Source: Phyllosticta citribraziliensis (taxonomy: Eukaryota). Taken from it: DNA of 64,000 bases. The notes below the pieces were generated by a model, which saw only the letters and a program-made list of their open reading frames with translations, ran no database searches and was not told the DNA's origin. Positions within the stretch are counted from its first letter, which is position 1, and the number at the start of each line of letters is the position of its first letter. The stretch lies in the NCBI RefSeq assembly GCF_038025025.1, contig NW_027117338.1, forward strand, positions 1,054,001 to 1,118,000. Reading direction: 5' to 3'. A program made the position numbers and the translations under genes. Shown here in pieces: positions 12,901 to 23,800 of this stretch.

Positions 12901-13595
12901 AGCAGACCGGACGGACGACCCTCCAGCAGGCAGCGCCTATGTAGGTATGTATGTACGTTCCCGCTCGAGCGTTCGTCGAACGAACCATCAGCCCCCCTTC
13001 CGGCGGGCCCTGGTGTCACACTCTCTCTCTTGAAATCTGTCGTGCCACGTTACTCGACGCCGAATTGTACCACACGACATGCATTGGAGCGCCGTCCAGA
13101 TAGACGGCCGCTGCAGGACAGGCGGCACAAGCGGCAGTGCCCCACTCTTTCACTCGCTGTGCTGTGACTCGCTCTGTGGTTTTCCGGCTGCACAAGAGCA
13201 ATAATGGACGATGCACTGGGCACTGACTGACTGACTGAAGTCGTGTAACCCCCCGACACACAGGCACAGCGGCAGCAGCAGCCTCAATTGGATACTGTAC
13301 ATGCATGCTCGGCCAAGCAAGCAAGCTCGCTCGTCTCGGGTTGCCTCGGCGGAGGAGGGGCTTCTCGGCTCACTTGCCTGCTCTGCTCTGCTTTACTTAC
13401 CCTGGCTGATCAACCACCACCAAGCAGCAGGTACATGGTTTGCCTTTTTGGCTCCAGAACCAGCGAGCGGCTCGGCTCAGGCGCGCGGGTGGAGCGGGTA
13501 AGGCGGGTGAGGCGAGCGAGCGAAGGAGCGGCGTGGGATGCAATAATGGGGACGCGGTCGAGCGAGGGAACGAAGGATTCGAGCTCGCGGCGACG

Positions 13596-13627
13596 GGACG
13601 GACGGACGGACGGACGGACGGGACGGG
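13596..13627 (+). repeat. (GGAC)n microsatellite
   Basis: ggacggacggacggacggacggacg run seen directly. Confidence 0.85.
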
Positions 13628-14553
13628 TCAAGGCGGGCGCTGCGCTGCGATGCGATGTGAATGCGCTTCAGCCCGGTCAGGCTGCGTAGGGTCGGTCGAC
13701 GGTTCGTCCTTCGCCTCGGGGACCGAGAGGCTGATCCAACAGGCTGAGGAGATGAAGGGCCGCTGACTTTGTCAGGCGGGTGAGCGATGGTAGCGAGAGA
13801 ACAGAGCAGATGCAAGGCAAACAGGCAAGCGTTGAAGAATTGATGGTAGACTTTTTTTTGTGTCATTCAATTGACCAAGAGCAGAGCAGAGCAGAGCAGA
13901 CTGGACCATCTATCTATATGACAGCTGACTCTTTTTTCTTTCACTCATCTGTGTCTCTCTCACACAAGCATCTCAAATGAGTATCCCAAAAGCCAAACCC
14001 GATCGAGACGCCATCTGAGCGCTCGCTTTCATTCAATTCCATCCACTTCATCCCGAACCAACCGATGCAAAAGGAGATAGAGATGACGCCAAATCAAACC
14101 CCAATGGTATGATGATGTTGAATAGAGGAAAGAAATGAAGGGGAGAAGAAAAGGTCGACGGCCATCCAAAACGCCGTTGCCATGCATGAACTGAAGGAAA
14201 AATATGACCACCCTCCTGAGTAGAGGGGGTAAGAGGTGGTGTTGTTCAAAGCCAGAACCATCCAGTGGTGCAGGGCGCGTGTCTAGCACACACACCCTGC
14301 CATTTTGATTGATTTCGTCATCGTCGTCCTTCGTTGGTGTCGTTGCGTTCGTTGCTTGCTACGCTGGGACTGAGCTGACCAAAAAGGCTAAACGCAAATA
14401 AAGATGTTGGGCGAGACAGGAAGACCGCCAACGCCAACAACAGGAGCATCGCGCACGAAGCAAAAGGACTTTTGCGCGATGCTCCGAAGAGCGAAAGCGA
14501 ACATGACGATTGTCAGAGAGAAAGGGGAGTTGCCGTGAGCAGTCACGACGTGT

Positions 14554-15729
14554 TTACGCCGCCGAGCGGTAGAAGCCCGCGTTGCCCAGGAAGCGGCTGA
14601 TGAGGCTGCTCGAGCCCGTCTTGATCTTCTTGGACGGCTTGTCGTAGTCGGAAGCAGGAGTGCCGTGGCCCAGCGGACTGTTGCCATAGGAGGCCTTGTA
14701 CGCCTTTGGCGGAGGCTGGATGTGAACGACGTCGGAGCCGAGGTCCGTGTCGTAGCGGCGAAGCATCATCTGCTGGGGCATGGCGCAGTAGTCGCCATCG
14801 TACGAAGATGACGGGGTCGACGAGTCCGAGGACACGTCGTCGGCGTCGGTCGAGTGGGTCGACGAGGCTGAGTCAGAGCGACGCGGCGGCGACAGCGACG
14901 GCATGCGCGACGACGCGCGCGACGCCGACCCGATCGACCGCGCCTCGTCGTCCAGCCGGTACGTCGAGTACGGCGCGGCTCGCTTCTCTGCGGTCCGCGG
15001 CGGGGGCACCTGGCCGTTGTCGATGGCGTGGCCGCAGTACTCGAGGCTGACGGCTTTGCCGTACTGCTCAAAGACGCCCTGGACCTCGCGAAGCTGCCGG
15101 GCCCGCTTGAGGTTGCGCGCCTTCTCGGCCACGCGGATCTGGTAGTCGCGGATGGGAGCGAGGAAGGGATCGAGGTGCTGGTAGAGGTCGTCGCGGGAGA
15201 CGCGAAGCTCCCAGTCGAGCAGGAAGAGGAGCTGCTTCTCCATGAGGTTGACTTCGGTGAGAGAGAAGCCAAAGTGGTCGAAGCCGCGGACGGTCGTGTA
15301 GCGCGCCCAGTGCTTGTTCTTGGGAGACGAGTCGTTGAGGTTCTTTGCGGCGAGGATGAGAGACGCCAAAAATATCCGGTGGACGGTGCAACGCATGCCC
15401 TTGGCCTCGTTTGGGAGGCGTGATTTGAGCCTGGCCAGGTAGACGAGGGAGGTCATGAGGGTTGCAACGCCAACGTGGGAGCGTTCCACAAGAGAGGTGA
15501 TGAAGGCCTCGACCGAGGGGAGACGGCGGTCCAGGGGGTCCGCATTCTGGGGAGGGGTTGCAGGTGGGGTAGGAGGAAGCTGCTTTGACGAAGCGGGTGC
15601 CGGCTCGCAGCGAATGACTTCTGATGCCTTGGCTGCGAGGTGTGCAACCATTTCCTTGGAGACGGGGAGTTGGATGAAAAAGTCCAGGGCTTGAGCATTT
15701 TGCTCAGGGGTGAAGGAGGTGTAGGCCAT
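14554..15729 (-). CDS. Pho85-type G1 cyclin, Pcl1/Pcl2 (Pas1-like) family; intronless
   Basis: Cyclin N-box LPSVEAFITSLVERSHV...TLMTSLVYLARL...HRIFLASLILAAKNLNDSSPKNKHW...EVNLMEKQLLFLLDW. First ATG at 15729 (MAYTSF). Confidence 0.93.
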   Translation of the reverse strand: MAYTSFTPEQNAQALDFFIQLPVSKEMVAHLAAKASEVIRCEPAPASSKQLPPTPPATPPQNADPLDRRLPSVEAFITSLVERSHVGVATLMTSLVYLARLKSRLPNEAKGMRCTVHRIFLASLILAAKNLNDSSPKNKHWARYTTVRGFDHFGFSLTEVNLMEKQLLFLLDWELRVSRDDLYQHLDPFLAPIRDYQIRVAEKARNLKRARQLREVQGVFEQYGKAVSLEYCGHAIDNGQVPPPRTAEKRAAPYSTYRLDDEARSIGSASRASSRMPSLSPPRRSDSASSTHSTDADDVSSDSSTPSSSYDGDYCAMPQQMMLRRYDTDLGSDVVHIQPPPKAYKASYGNSPLGHGTPASDYDKPSKKIKTGSSSLISRFLGNAGFYRSAA

Positions 15730-16329
15730 GGTGGGGGTGGGGGTGGGAGTGGTGGTAGTGAAGCGGAATGAGAAGCAAAGTGAACGTGTCCAACAATAGC
15801 AGCCCCAGAGAAAGCTATTGTATTCTGTGGAGAGGGAAAGATGTCGGGCGATTAGATTAAGCCTAGCACGGCGGGTTCTGCGGGCCAAGAAGAGGATTCG
15901 AGGAGGGAAAAAGTGAGAGAGTGTTTGAGATATTAGAGATCCCGACCGGCGGAAAAAGGCTCGCTTGAGTATTAGGGCGGACTGGGCCGAAGAAGGAAGG
16001 TCTCGTCAGCGGATGCGAGGGAAGCAAAGGCTGTGCCGGAAAGAGAGGGTCGGAGTCGGAATCGGGGGGCGACACAGGAAACAAAGTAGGTAAGCGGAAA
16101 ACGAGGCGGAGCTCCAACAACCAGGCGGAGGCTTCGATCAGGACGACGGAGTAGAGAAGTTGGCGTCGTGATCGAGGCTGGCCTGGCGAATACTTATGCG
16201 GGAGTGGTAGTCGCCGGCGTGGAGGATGATGGACGGGTGGTAGTCGATGATTGGCTGACGGCGGTTGCAGACGCAGCGGCCCTGGTCGGCGGCAGCGGCA
16301 GATGCAGCTGGCGGCGGGTCTTGATAGGA

Positions 16330-16415
16330 TGTTTCAGGGAGTACGTCTTGCGCCGTGTTTCAACAGAAGCGTCGAGAGGGCCTGTCGAATTGGTAGGTTG
16401 AGATGCGGTGTTTCG
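16330..16415 (-). promoter_or_regulatory. Cluster of Ste12-type pheromone response elements (TGAAACA x2, CGAAACA x1) upstream of the cyclin
   Basis: Plus-strand TGTTTCA at 16330-16336 and 16356-16362, TGTTTCG at 16409-16415, all in the same orientation. Confidence 0.4.
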
Positions 16416-19400
16416 ACGAGCGTCTGCAAGGTGCGGTGCTCGAGTCGGGGTGGGGTGGATCGATAGGACGGGGATGGACGGGGGGACGAGTGAATATGAG
16501 CGTGAAGAGTGAAGAGTGAGGACTGGAGCATGTTGAAGCTGGAGCTTGTGACTGCGCCGCGTGGTGTATATCTTCCTTGGACGAGGCGGAGGGCTGGGCA
16601 TGCTTGAGCAGAGACGTGTGTGTGGTGGTGGGTGGGGGGTGGGGCCAGTGACTGCGTATCCCAGCCTCCCCGTCCACCATGTCTACGGACCGGACTCAAC
16701 GGCGCGTGGCGGAGTGGCTGTCGTCGAAAAACCATTACAAAAACACGAGCAACTCGCCATCCAGGCCGACCGGGCTGACGACGAGCCATCGCCTGTCGCG
16801 ATGGTTTTGCAGACGGAGCATATGGTCGAGATACAGTTCTATGGTCGCACCCTTGTTCAGGGCCCAGCGAGCGACGCGCAGGGCTACCAGGACCCCGACC
16901 AGGACCAGGGCCCGCCAGCCATCATTCCACACCAAACCATCCTCAGCTCTTGTCGCTCTGCCGCGGAAATTCGCAATAAAAATCAGCACTCGTCAGTGAA
17001 TACACTTCCGCATGCGGCCATGTCGCGCTCACGGCCGGGCCCCTTGCCTACGCTGGTGGTGGGCAGGCTCGTGTCGTGTCGTGGTCGCGGGCGCGTCGTG
17101 GGTGGCAGTGTCGGCCGTCGCGCCAGACACGGACGACGCCTGATTTTCTCTTTGTCCATCAGGTGCAGATCGATGCAGTCCGGCCAGCTCAGCCTTCAAC
17201 CACTTCCGTTCTCTCCAGCTGTCATCACTGAATGGCCGGAGGAGCAATCTCGAGACGTCAAGCCACTGCCGCTTCCGCTCCGCCTGCCACCTTCAGTCGA
17301 CATTCAGGTCCCTTCCCTCGACCTCGACCTCAACCTGCACCTGATGGGAACCTGCACCACAACCAAAATAGCCGCTGCCTCTGCCGGCTACCCGCCTGTG
17401 CTGTGCTGCGCTTCTTTCAAGCCTTCAGGTTCCCCCTCTCTCCTTTCCCTTCGGCGCTTAAGCAAACTCAAACTTTGCTGCAGGTACCGAACAAGCCTTT
17501 TCCTCTGATCTATCTTTGTCCACGCCTCACCGCCTGCCGCTAAGCGCCCTCGACATTTTATTCTACTGCACGTCTGCTTCCCTGAAACCCTTATCCCACC
17601 CGAGGTCGGCCTGCAGAACCAACCACTCGACCATCCCGCGCCGTTGTTTTCTTTTGCCTCTCTCGACCTTGTCCCTGCATCGCCCGTCCGAACAAGCAAT
17701 CTCCTGTCGCACTCTCTGCAGCCACCTGTGCCCGTCTACGAAAACGCTCTGCACGCCGCCATGCAGGAACCTTCAGAGCGCATTCACTGCGGCACTTGGC
17801 GGCGAACTGCAAGATTGCCGGGATGGTGGCCGTGAAACCATGCCCAATCCAGCCGTTGCCTGTCTCGTCGGTGCACACTCTGAAGCTCAAGTCCACCCAT
17901 CCATCCAGCCTGGGCGCTTGGACGCCAGATAGGGTCAGCCCTACTCGTTGCAAGAAGCGAGTCGCTCATCACTGCCGTGGGTGCTGCTCAGATCAATTCC
18001 AAAACCCCACAGGCACCATCGAAAAGCGTCCAGGCCGCGTCACGCCCGTCATTCCACGAGTCGCGAGCCTTCTGGCCACTTGCTCTCTCCTTTGCTCTCC
18101 CATGGTCCAGAGTCCAGACCTGGACCCTCGATCCACTCCCGTCCCACGGTACACGCTATCCTCCCCTCCCGTCCCCGCAAAATCCACCTCCGCCCCATGA
18201 CATCACAACCCGCTCCACCGCGTCGGTGGTCGTCCATGTCGTCAACTCCAAACCTTGCGCAATACGTCCACCACTGATCAACATGTTCAACAAGTGACGC
18301 CAGAGTCTCTTGGCAGGGGGCATGATGATGATTTATGTGGATGCCGCCACTCGTCGACCCTGTGCGCCACTCCCACGCCTCCACCCTGCTCAAACAGTCT
18401 GGGTAATAATGGACCACGGATCGTCGGTGAATTACGCAGCAGCTGTAGTGTCGACAAAGCAAAGAGTCCTTGGCGGCTTCTTTGTTGTTGCAGACGACCT
18501 TATCTGTCCATATTGTCTGGCCAATCGACTAATTCACAGGTGCGCAACACGGCAGCCACGCTCTGATCGGCGATTATTTTGCGAACAAACAAACCGAGGA
18601 TCCCCTCTCGTTAGTCAAAAGTGCATGGCTGATCGACTGCGTTGTAGTGGCGTCAGAATTCCGTCGCTCTGAATGGTGACCATTGGCAGCAAAAGAAACT
18701 GACCCAGAAGGCCAGCATCGAGAACAATCAACTGGCCATTCTGCGCAAGCCCGCTCCGTCTCTCCGAGTCTCCGTCCCCGTCTCCGCACCTCTTCTTATC
18801 CGTCGATGTTTATTCGGACAACGAAGGTCCCGTTCCGCCGACTGTAAGCCCCCACGCGGTACTCAGTCTCATCCCCTCGTCTCGTCTTCCTGCATCTCTC
18901 TCCTCATTCACCCGTCTGTCCGTCGCTCCGCGTGCCACGGCGTCTATGTCTGTCTCGTCGCGGCACGCGGCACGTCACACGGTCCCTGCATTCCTCCGCT
19001 TGCTGTCGTTGGCCGTGGGGGCCAAAGAAGTCCATCGTCATCGTCATCAACAACGACTGACTGCAGACGGAGAGCTGTGTGTGTGTGTGTGTGCATGTAG
19101 CGGTCAGGCGAAAATAACCCATCAAACCAGTCAAGTCGTTGGCCAAGAAAGGACCAAGTGGGGATATCTTGTCTATTTTGGCCCTTCTAACACGGCGGAG
19201 GGGGAACCGTGCTGTCCGTCCGGCGCCGAGATACACGTGGGTGCGCGCCGTGATCCTTTGACGATCCTTTTGGGGGCCGAGGCTGCATGCACGCGGATAG
19301 ACAGAGATTGAGGGGAGGTGTCGTGTTGTTGTTGTTGTTGGTGGCGGCGTTGCAGCTTACTTGGGAGGTTAAGTTTAGTGTCTATGATCGTGGATCGGTG

Positions 19401-20871
19401 CAGTGTGGATGGTGAAGGGTGTCGTTGGATGGATGCATGGCACATTTGGGTTGAGGAGATGGTTGTGGGAAGAGCTTTGACGCTTGCGGATACATGTCGT
19501 TGATGGTGAGTGGAATGTAACTGAAGCTGAACTGACGAACTGTGCTGCTGAGGATGCTGAGGAACAGACTGTTGGGTGAGTTGTGTCTTTGACTGAAGAT
19601 CTGCATCTCTCCCCAGCATGAGTATGTAGATATGCCCCTCAAGTTGCAGGGCCTTTTCCATTTGGCAGCAGTACTGCAAAAGTCATCTCCTCCCTCCTGT
19701 CTTCTTGCTGTCCTCCTATACTCCATCATCCTTTTTCATACTGTTGTGTGCGAGATTCAGGTCCCGGGGTTTTCGTTTCGCCATTGACTCTAGAAAACTG
19801 CACTCTATGGTTCAAGAAGTACCACTTGTTCATTTCACCTGCGCAGCCATATTGCTACTCTTCAAGACGTTTACCTGCTAAAACAAGATTAATAGAGAAC
19901 ATGTGCAGCGTGAAGCCTTTCTCGTTTTGCTCCTCTTCCCTTGGCAACTCTTTTTTTGATTTTTTCTTTTTTTGAATGCCATCCTACCTCCAAGTCGCTA
20001 CACCACAGAATCCTGTCCTAAAGGCCTACGCAGCCCACCTCTCCCTACCCCTCCTAAGCCAACCACCTGTCCATCCATCCAGCCTCATTCACCGCCTATA
20101 CACCTACCTCTCCACGAACCCCCTGCCATCGACTCCTACCACGCACCCCATCCGCCAAGGCCCTGCCACAACCACCACCACCACCACCACCGACGACATT
20201 GATACCGCTGTTTCACGATCCGTACCTGTTTCATCTCTCGTCTGCCTCGGGTTGTTGTGCGATCTGATATCCATCAGCCATCAGCCATCCAGCCACCAGG
20301 AAAACTGCGACGATGGCGGCGCGAGCGGGAGCAGCCGCGTCGACGCTGCTCCATCCCTGTCGGACCCTGATCGTGTGTCCCGCAACCCTGCCTTCCTTGT
20401 CTGGCCAGCAGCGCGCTGGTTGGCGCTGGGTGGCTAGTCAGGCAGGCAGGTAGGTGGGAAACGACGTTGCTGGCAGGGGATGATGACGATGACTGCCCGA
20501 CGCTAAATGCTACATGGCGCGAGACCCTTTGCACTTGGTTTTCCGCTGCTCCTGCAGTTGGTAGGGAGTCAGATCGGTAGTCGACTTGGTTCCCTGTTCT
20601 TCTGTTCTCCTGTTTCTGTCTGTTACTCCTGAATGACCTGCCACCGGCTTGACTTCTCGACTACTCCACAGACGGTCGTTTCAAGGTTCTCGGGGTTGGT
20701 CTGGTTTTCAAGGGACAGCCAACGTTCTATTCAGTCTGTTCCTCGCAGCGACGGGCACGAGTCTCATTTCTTTGTCGAGCGAGGGTGTCGAAACGGCCAC
20801 GAGGAGAAGGACGACCATTTCAGTTTGAGGAGCTGGTGATGCTTTGGCTTTCTGGCTGACTTTCTGGCACT

Positions 20872-21714
20872 TCAGATGCGGATCGTCCTCGATACGTCAA
20901 ACTTGTGCTTTCCAGAGCCCTCTCCATCTTTCTTCACGAGGCCTGGAAGAACGTAGCCGCGCTGGTTGCTGACAACCCTCGTGCCATTCACCTTGAAGTT
21001 AGTCGAGTAGTGCGTGTGCCCAAAAACCCAGACCCTGATTGCATCCCAGGCTTTGCCACTCTCTGCTGCTCCGAGCAGGTCCGTGGCGAAAGCTGAAGTC
21101 CAAGGGTTGCCGACGTGGCGCGGACTGGACGTGAGCTGGATGCACGGCGCATGGTGCGTGACAACCAACAGCGACTCATCGTTGGAAGCGGCGGACTCGA
21201 CTTGCGTTTTCAACCACGCAACGTCTGCGCCGTGCGCCGCGTTGTGCTGGTCGATGGACCAGCTCTGGATCTTGGAAAAGTCGCTCACGGCGCCCGCCAC
21301 GGCCTGCCGCGCATCGTCAGGAATCGCAGACCACAGAGTGCAGCCCAAGACGGTGACGGAAGAGCCAGGAATGCGGTGAGCACGCTGATGGAGAAGGACG
21401 AGTCTGTGCTGCAGACACGGCTCCTGCTCGAGCTGCCGGGCGAGCTCGAGGCCTTCGCCGAACGTGATGCCGTAGAACTCGTGGTTGCCGAGGACGAGGA
21501 AGACCGTCTCAAATTGCTCGGTCTGGCGCCTCAGAAACTCGAGGTACGGGTCGTAGTCCTTCAAGCGGCCAATGTCGCCGGCGAGAATCAGATGCGGCGC
21601 AGACGCTGGAATGTCAAACGAAGAGTACTGCTGGCCAACCTCGAGGTGCAAATCGGATAGGATCTGGAACGACGGCGATCGAGAGAAGCTGAAGAGGGAG
21701 TAGAGTCTCTGCAT
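20872..21714 (-). CDS. Calcineurin-like metallophosphoesterase; intronless
   Basis: Canonical motifs SDLHLE, LAGDIG, LGNHE, THHAP, FGHTH, SNQRGY. First in-frame ATG at 21714. Confidence 0.92.
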   Translation of the reverse strand: MQRLYSLFSFSRSPSFQILSDLHLEVGQQYSSFDIPASAPHLILAGDIGRLKDYDPYLEFLRRQTEQFETVFLVLGNHEFYGITFGEGLELARQLEQEPCLQHRLVLLHQRAHRIPGSSVTVLGCTLWSAIPDDARQAVAGAVSDFSKIQSWSIDQHNAAHGADVAWLKTQVESAASNDESLLVVTHHAPCIQLTSSPRHVGNPWTSAFATDLLGAAESGKAWDAIRVWVFGHTHYSTNFKVNGTRVVSNQRGYVLPGLVKKDGEGSGKHKFDVSRTIRI

Positions 21715-21951
21715 TGGACTCGACGAGTTGCTCGTGATTGTTGGGATGGGTTTCTGCGGAGTGGTCGCGTTGGCGGCCAATGCAGGCAGGCATGGATGAC
21801 TAATCGCGTGTTTAGCGCCGGGGTGACGACGTGACGACCTTCCTCGTCGGGTCTTTCCTCATCTTCATCTCAACTTCTTCCTTTCAATTTCAACAGCGGC
21901 CTCTAGATCCGAATCGAAAAAGTCTACCTACCTCGCCGTCAAGATTGAGGA

Positions 21952-22732
21952 ATGGAGCTCAGCGAACTTGCCCTAGCGATCAGGTCAATCGAAGATGCCG
22001 GCATATGTGTTTGCGTCCTTGGAGAAGTAACTCTGAATTACTACAACGTCCCTCGGGTGATTCACGTATGTCGTATGTCGCGAGAGCTCCACCGGAATGG
22101 TGCCATCTAGCGATATCCAGGATGTTGAACTTTGCGTTCCTCACACGTCCTTTGAAGAAGCATGCTCGATTCTGGAATCAAGCTATCCATGCGAGCCAGA
22201 CGAGCTGGAAAGCTTCGACCTTTACACTGAATACAAGCAGGGTTGGCCGAGATTCCGACCCACTGCTACTACTGATGCGACTACATCGCCAACTTTTGGA
22301 ATAGTCGTTTTCTCGGATAAGTACATGAAACTGGACCCTCTGGATCAAGCCATTGTGCCGCGCACAAGAGCTCTGAAAGAAAAGTCCTACAGCAGCCAGA
22401 TCTTGGAGTCAATTTCTGCCCGCGATGTCCACCTTTTCCCCATGCCCAAGCTGCCGCGTCTGATGACGAGTCTGTGCGAGCGGTATCTCGAATCGGGGGA
22501 CGTTATGGCGCGCATTGCCATCGAGCAGTTGGTCGACGGAATGGATCCAGACGAGGCATGGTGCGAAAGGAATATGAGCAGTGCAGCTGATGAGGCACAG
22601 CAACTGGTGTTGTCTATCGTCCAAAGGAAAAAGTTTCGCATCGACGATTTCTCTGGCAAGACCATAACTTGTTTCATCGCAGACCAAGAGGAGGTACCGA
22701 GGCTGCATGGAATCCCAGGATATGAGCCATGA
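21952..22732 (+). CDS. Hypothetical protein with probable Pol-beta-like nucleotidyltransferase N-terminus; exons 21952-22065 and 22121-22732
   Basis: Exon 1 MELSELALAIRSIEDAGICVCVLGEVTLNYYNVPRVIH is spliced (GTATGT...CAG, phase 0) to DVELCVP of ORF 22097-22732, giving an hG-x14-DhE motif. Confidence 0.72.
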
Positions 22733-23025
22733 TGAAACGAGGGCACTGGCGGCTGGCTGTTCGACTGGCCACTAGGAGAAGGTATCTACATGGCCCGTGG
22801 AAATATCTGTTTTAACTCTCCGCGCCGCATTTACGCGCGCTACCCTCGCCAGTGAGACAACCCATGAACGCTCAAAGCCAATAAGCGACTTTGGGGCTGA
22901 AGATCCGGGCGCGTGTGTCTCGTTGATACTCCCGTACCCTTGGAATATAAGTTGTCGTCACCAAGGGAAAGCAGAAACATCCACCCACCATCAAACCAAA
23001 TTGCAACCCAACCAAACACTACATC

Positions 23026-23800
23026 ATGGTGCACCAACAACGCCTTAACGACGCAGCCATTGCCATGTACGCCACACTGCAGGCGTCAGGCATCAAGTTT
23101 GGCATCTTTGGCGGCTACGCCGTGTCAGTGATGGGCGGGAACCGCGAAAGCAAAGACGTCGACTGCATCGTGTCGGCCTCGAAGCAGGAGATCTTGCGCG
23201 TGTTGGATGGCAGAACGGCTTCAAAGCCATACCGCAGACAAGCGAGGACTACGTGACGTTTCTCTGGTCGGAGAACCCGACTGTACTGGTTGAGATCTTT
23301 TGCGCGAGGTTTCCTGGTAAGTTGACTCTCCCTCATGTCCAACGATTCAGGGGGATTACTGTGCTGCTGTCACCGCTACTGGAGAATAATCACACACGTT
23401 GACACCAAATCCTTCAAGGCGCCGTCTACACCCTCCAAAACATCCAAGCAACGACGCGCACCGTCTCAGGCGCCACACTCGGCACAAAGCCCGCCTCCTT
23501 CCTCGATCCCTTCTACATATTCAAGGGCAAACAGCACGCGGCCGCGACGCGGGAGAAGTTCCACGACGCGGCCGACCTGCGGTGGCTCGAGTCGCACTTC
23601 CGCGACCACATCAAGGCGCGGAGGGACAAGCTCGACCTGCGCCTCGTCGGCCTCGCCGTCAAGCGGTATCCGGAGCTGGGCCTGGCGTTTGGCCGGCTGG
23701 GCGTCGACGTGCCGCGCGCGCAGGCCGCCGCGAAGAGCGTGGATTTGAACAAGCTGCCGAATCCGGCGCCGGGGGGATGTCCATCGCGGCTTGTTGGGTT
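23026..23800 (+). pseudogene. Frameshifted nucleotidyltransferase-fold gene (AbiEii/DUF1814-like motifs); intron 23317-23418
   Basis: IFGGYAVSVMGGNRESKDVDC (hGG...DhD). One base is missing near 23210; the frame then resumes QNGFKAIPQTSEDYVTFLW...VLVEIFCARFP. Exon 2 reads FLDPFYIFKGKQHAAATREKFHDAADLRWL. A probable extra G lies in the G6 run at 23771-23776, before DVHRGLLG. Confidence 0.7.

Noticed and set aside
16561..20860. ORFs upstream of the cyclin, such as the 315-aa ORF at 16561-17508
   Set aside because: No recognisable domain, non-ATG starts, microsatellite-rich. More likely extended regulatory DNA.
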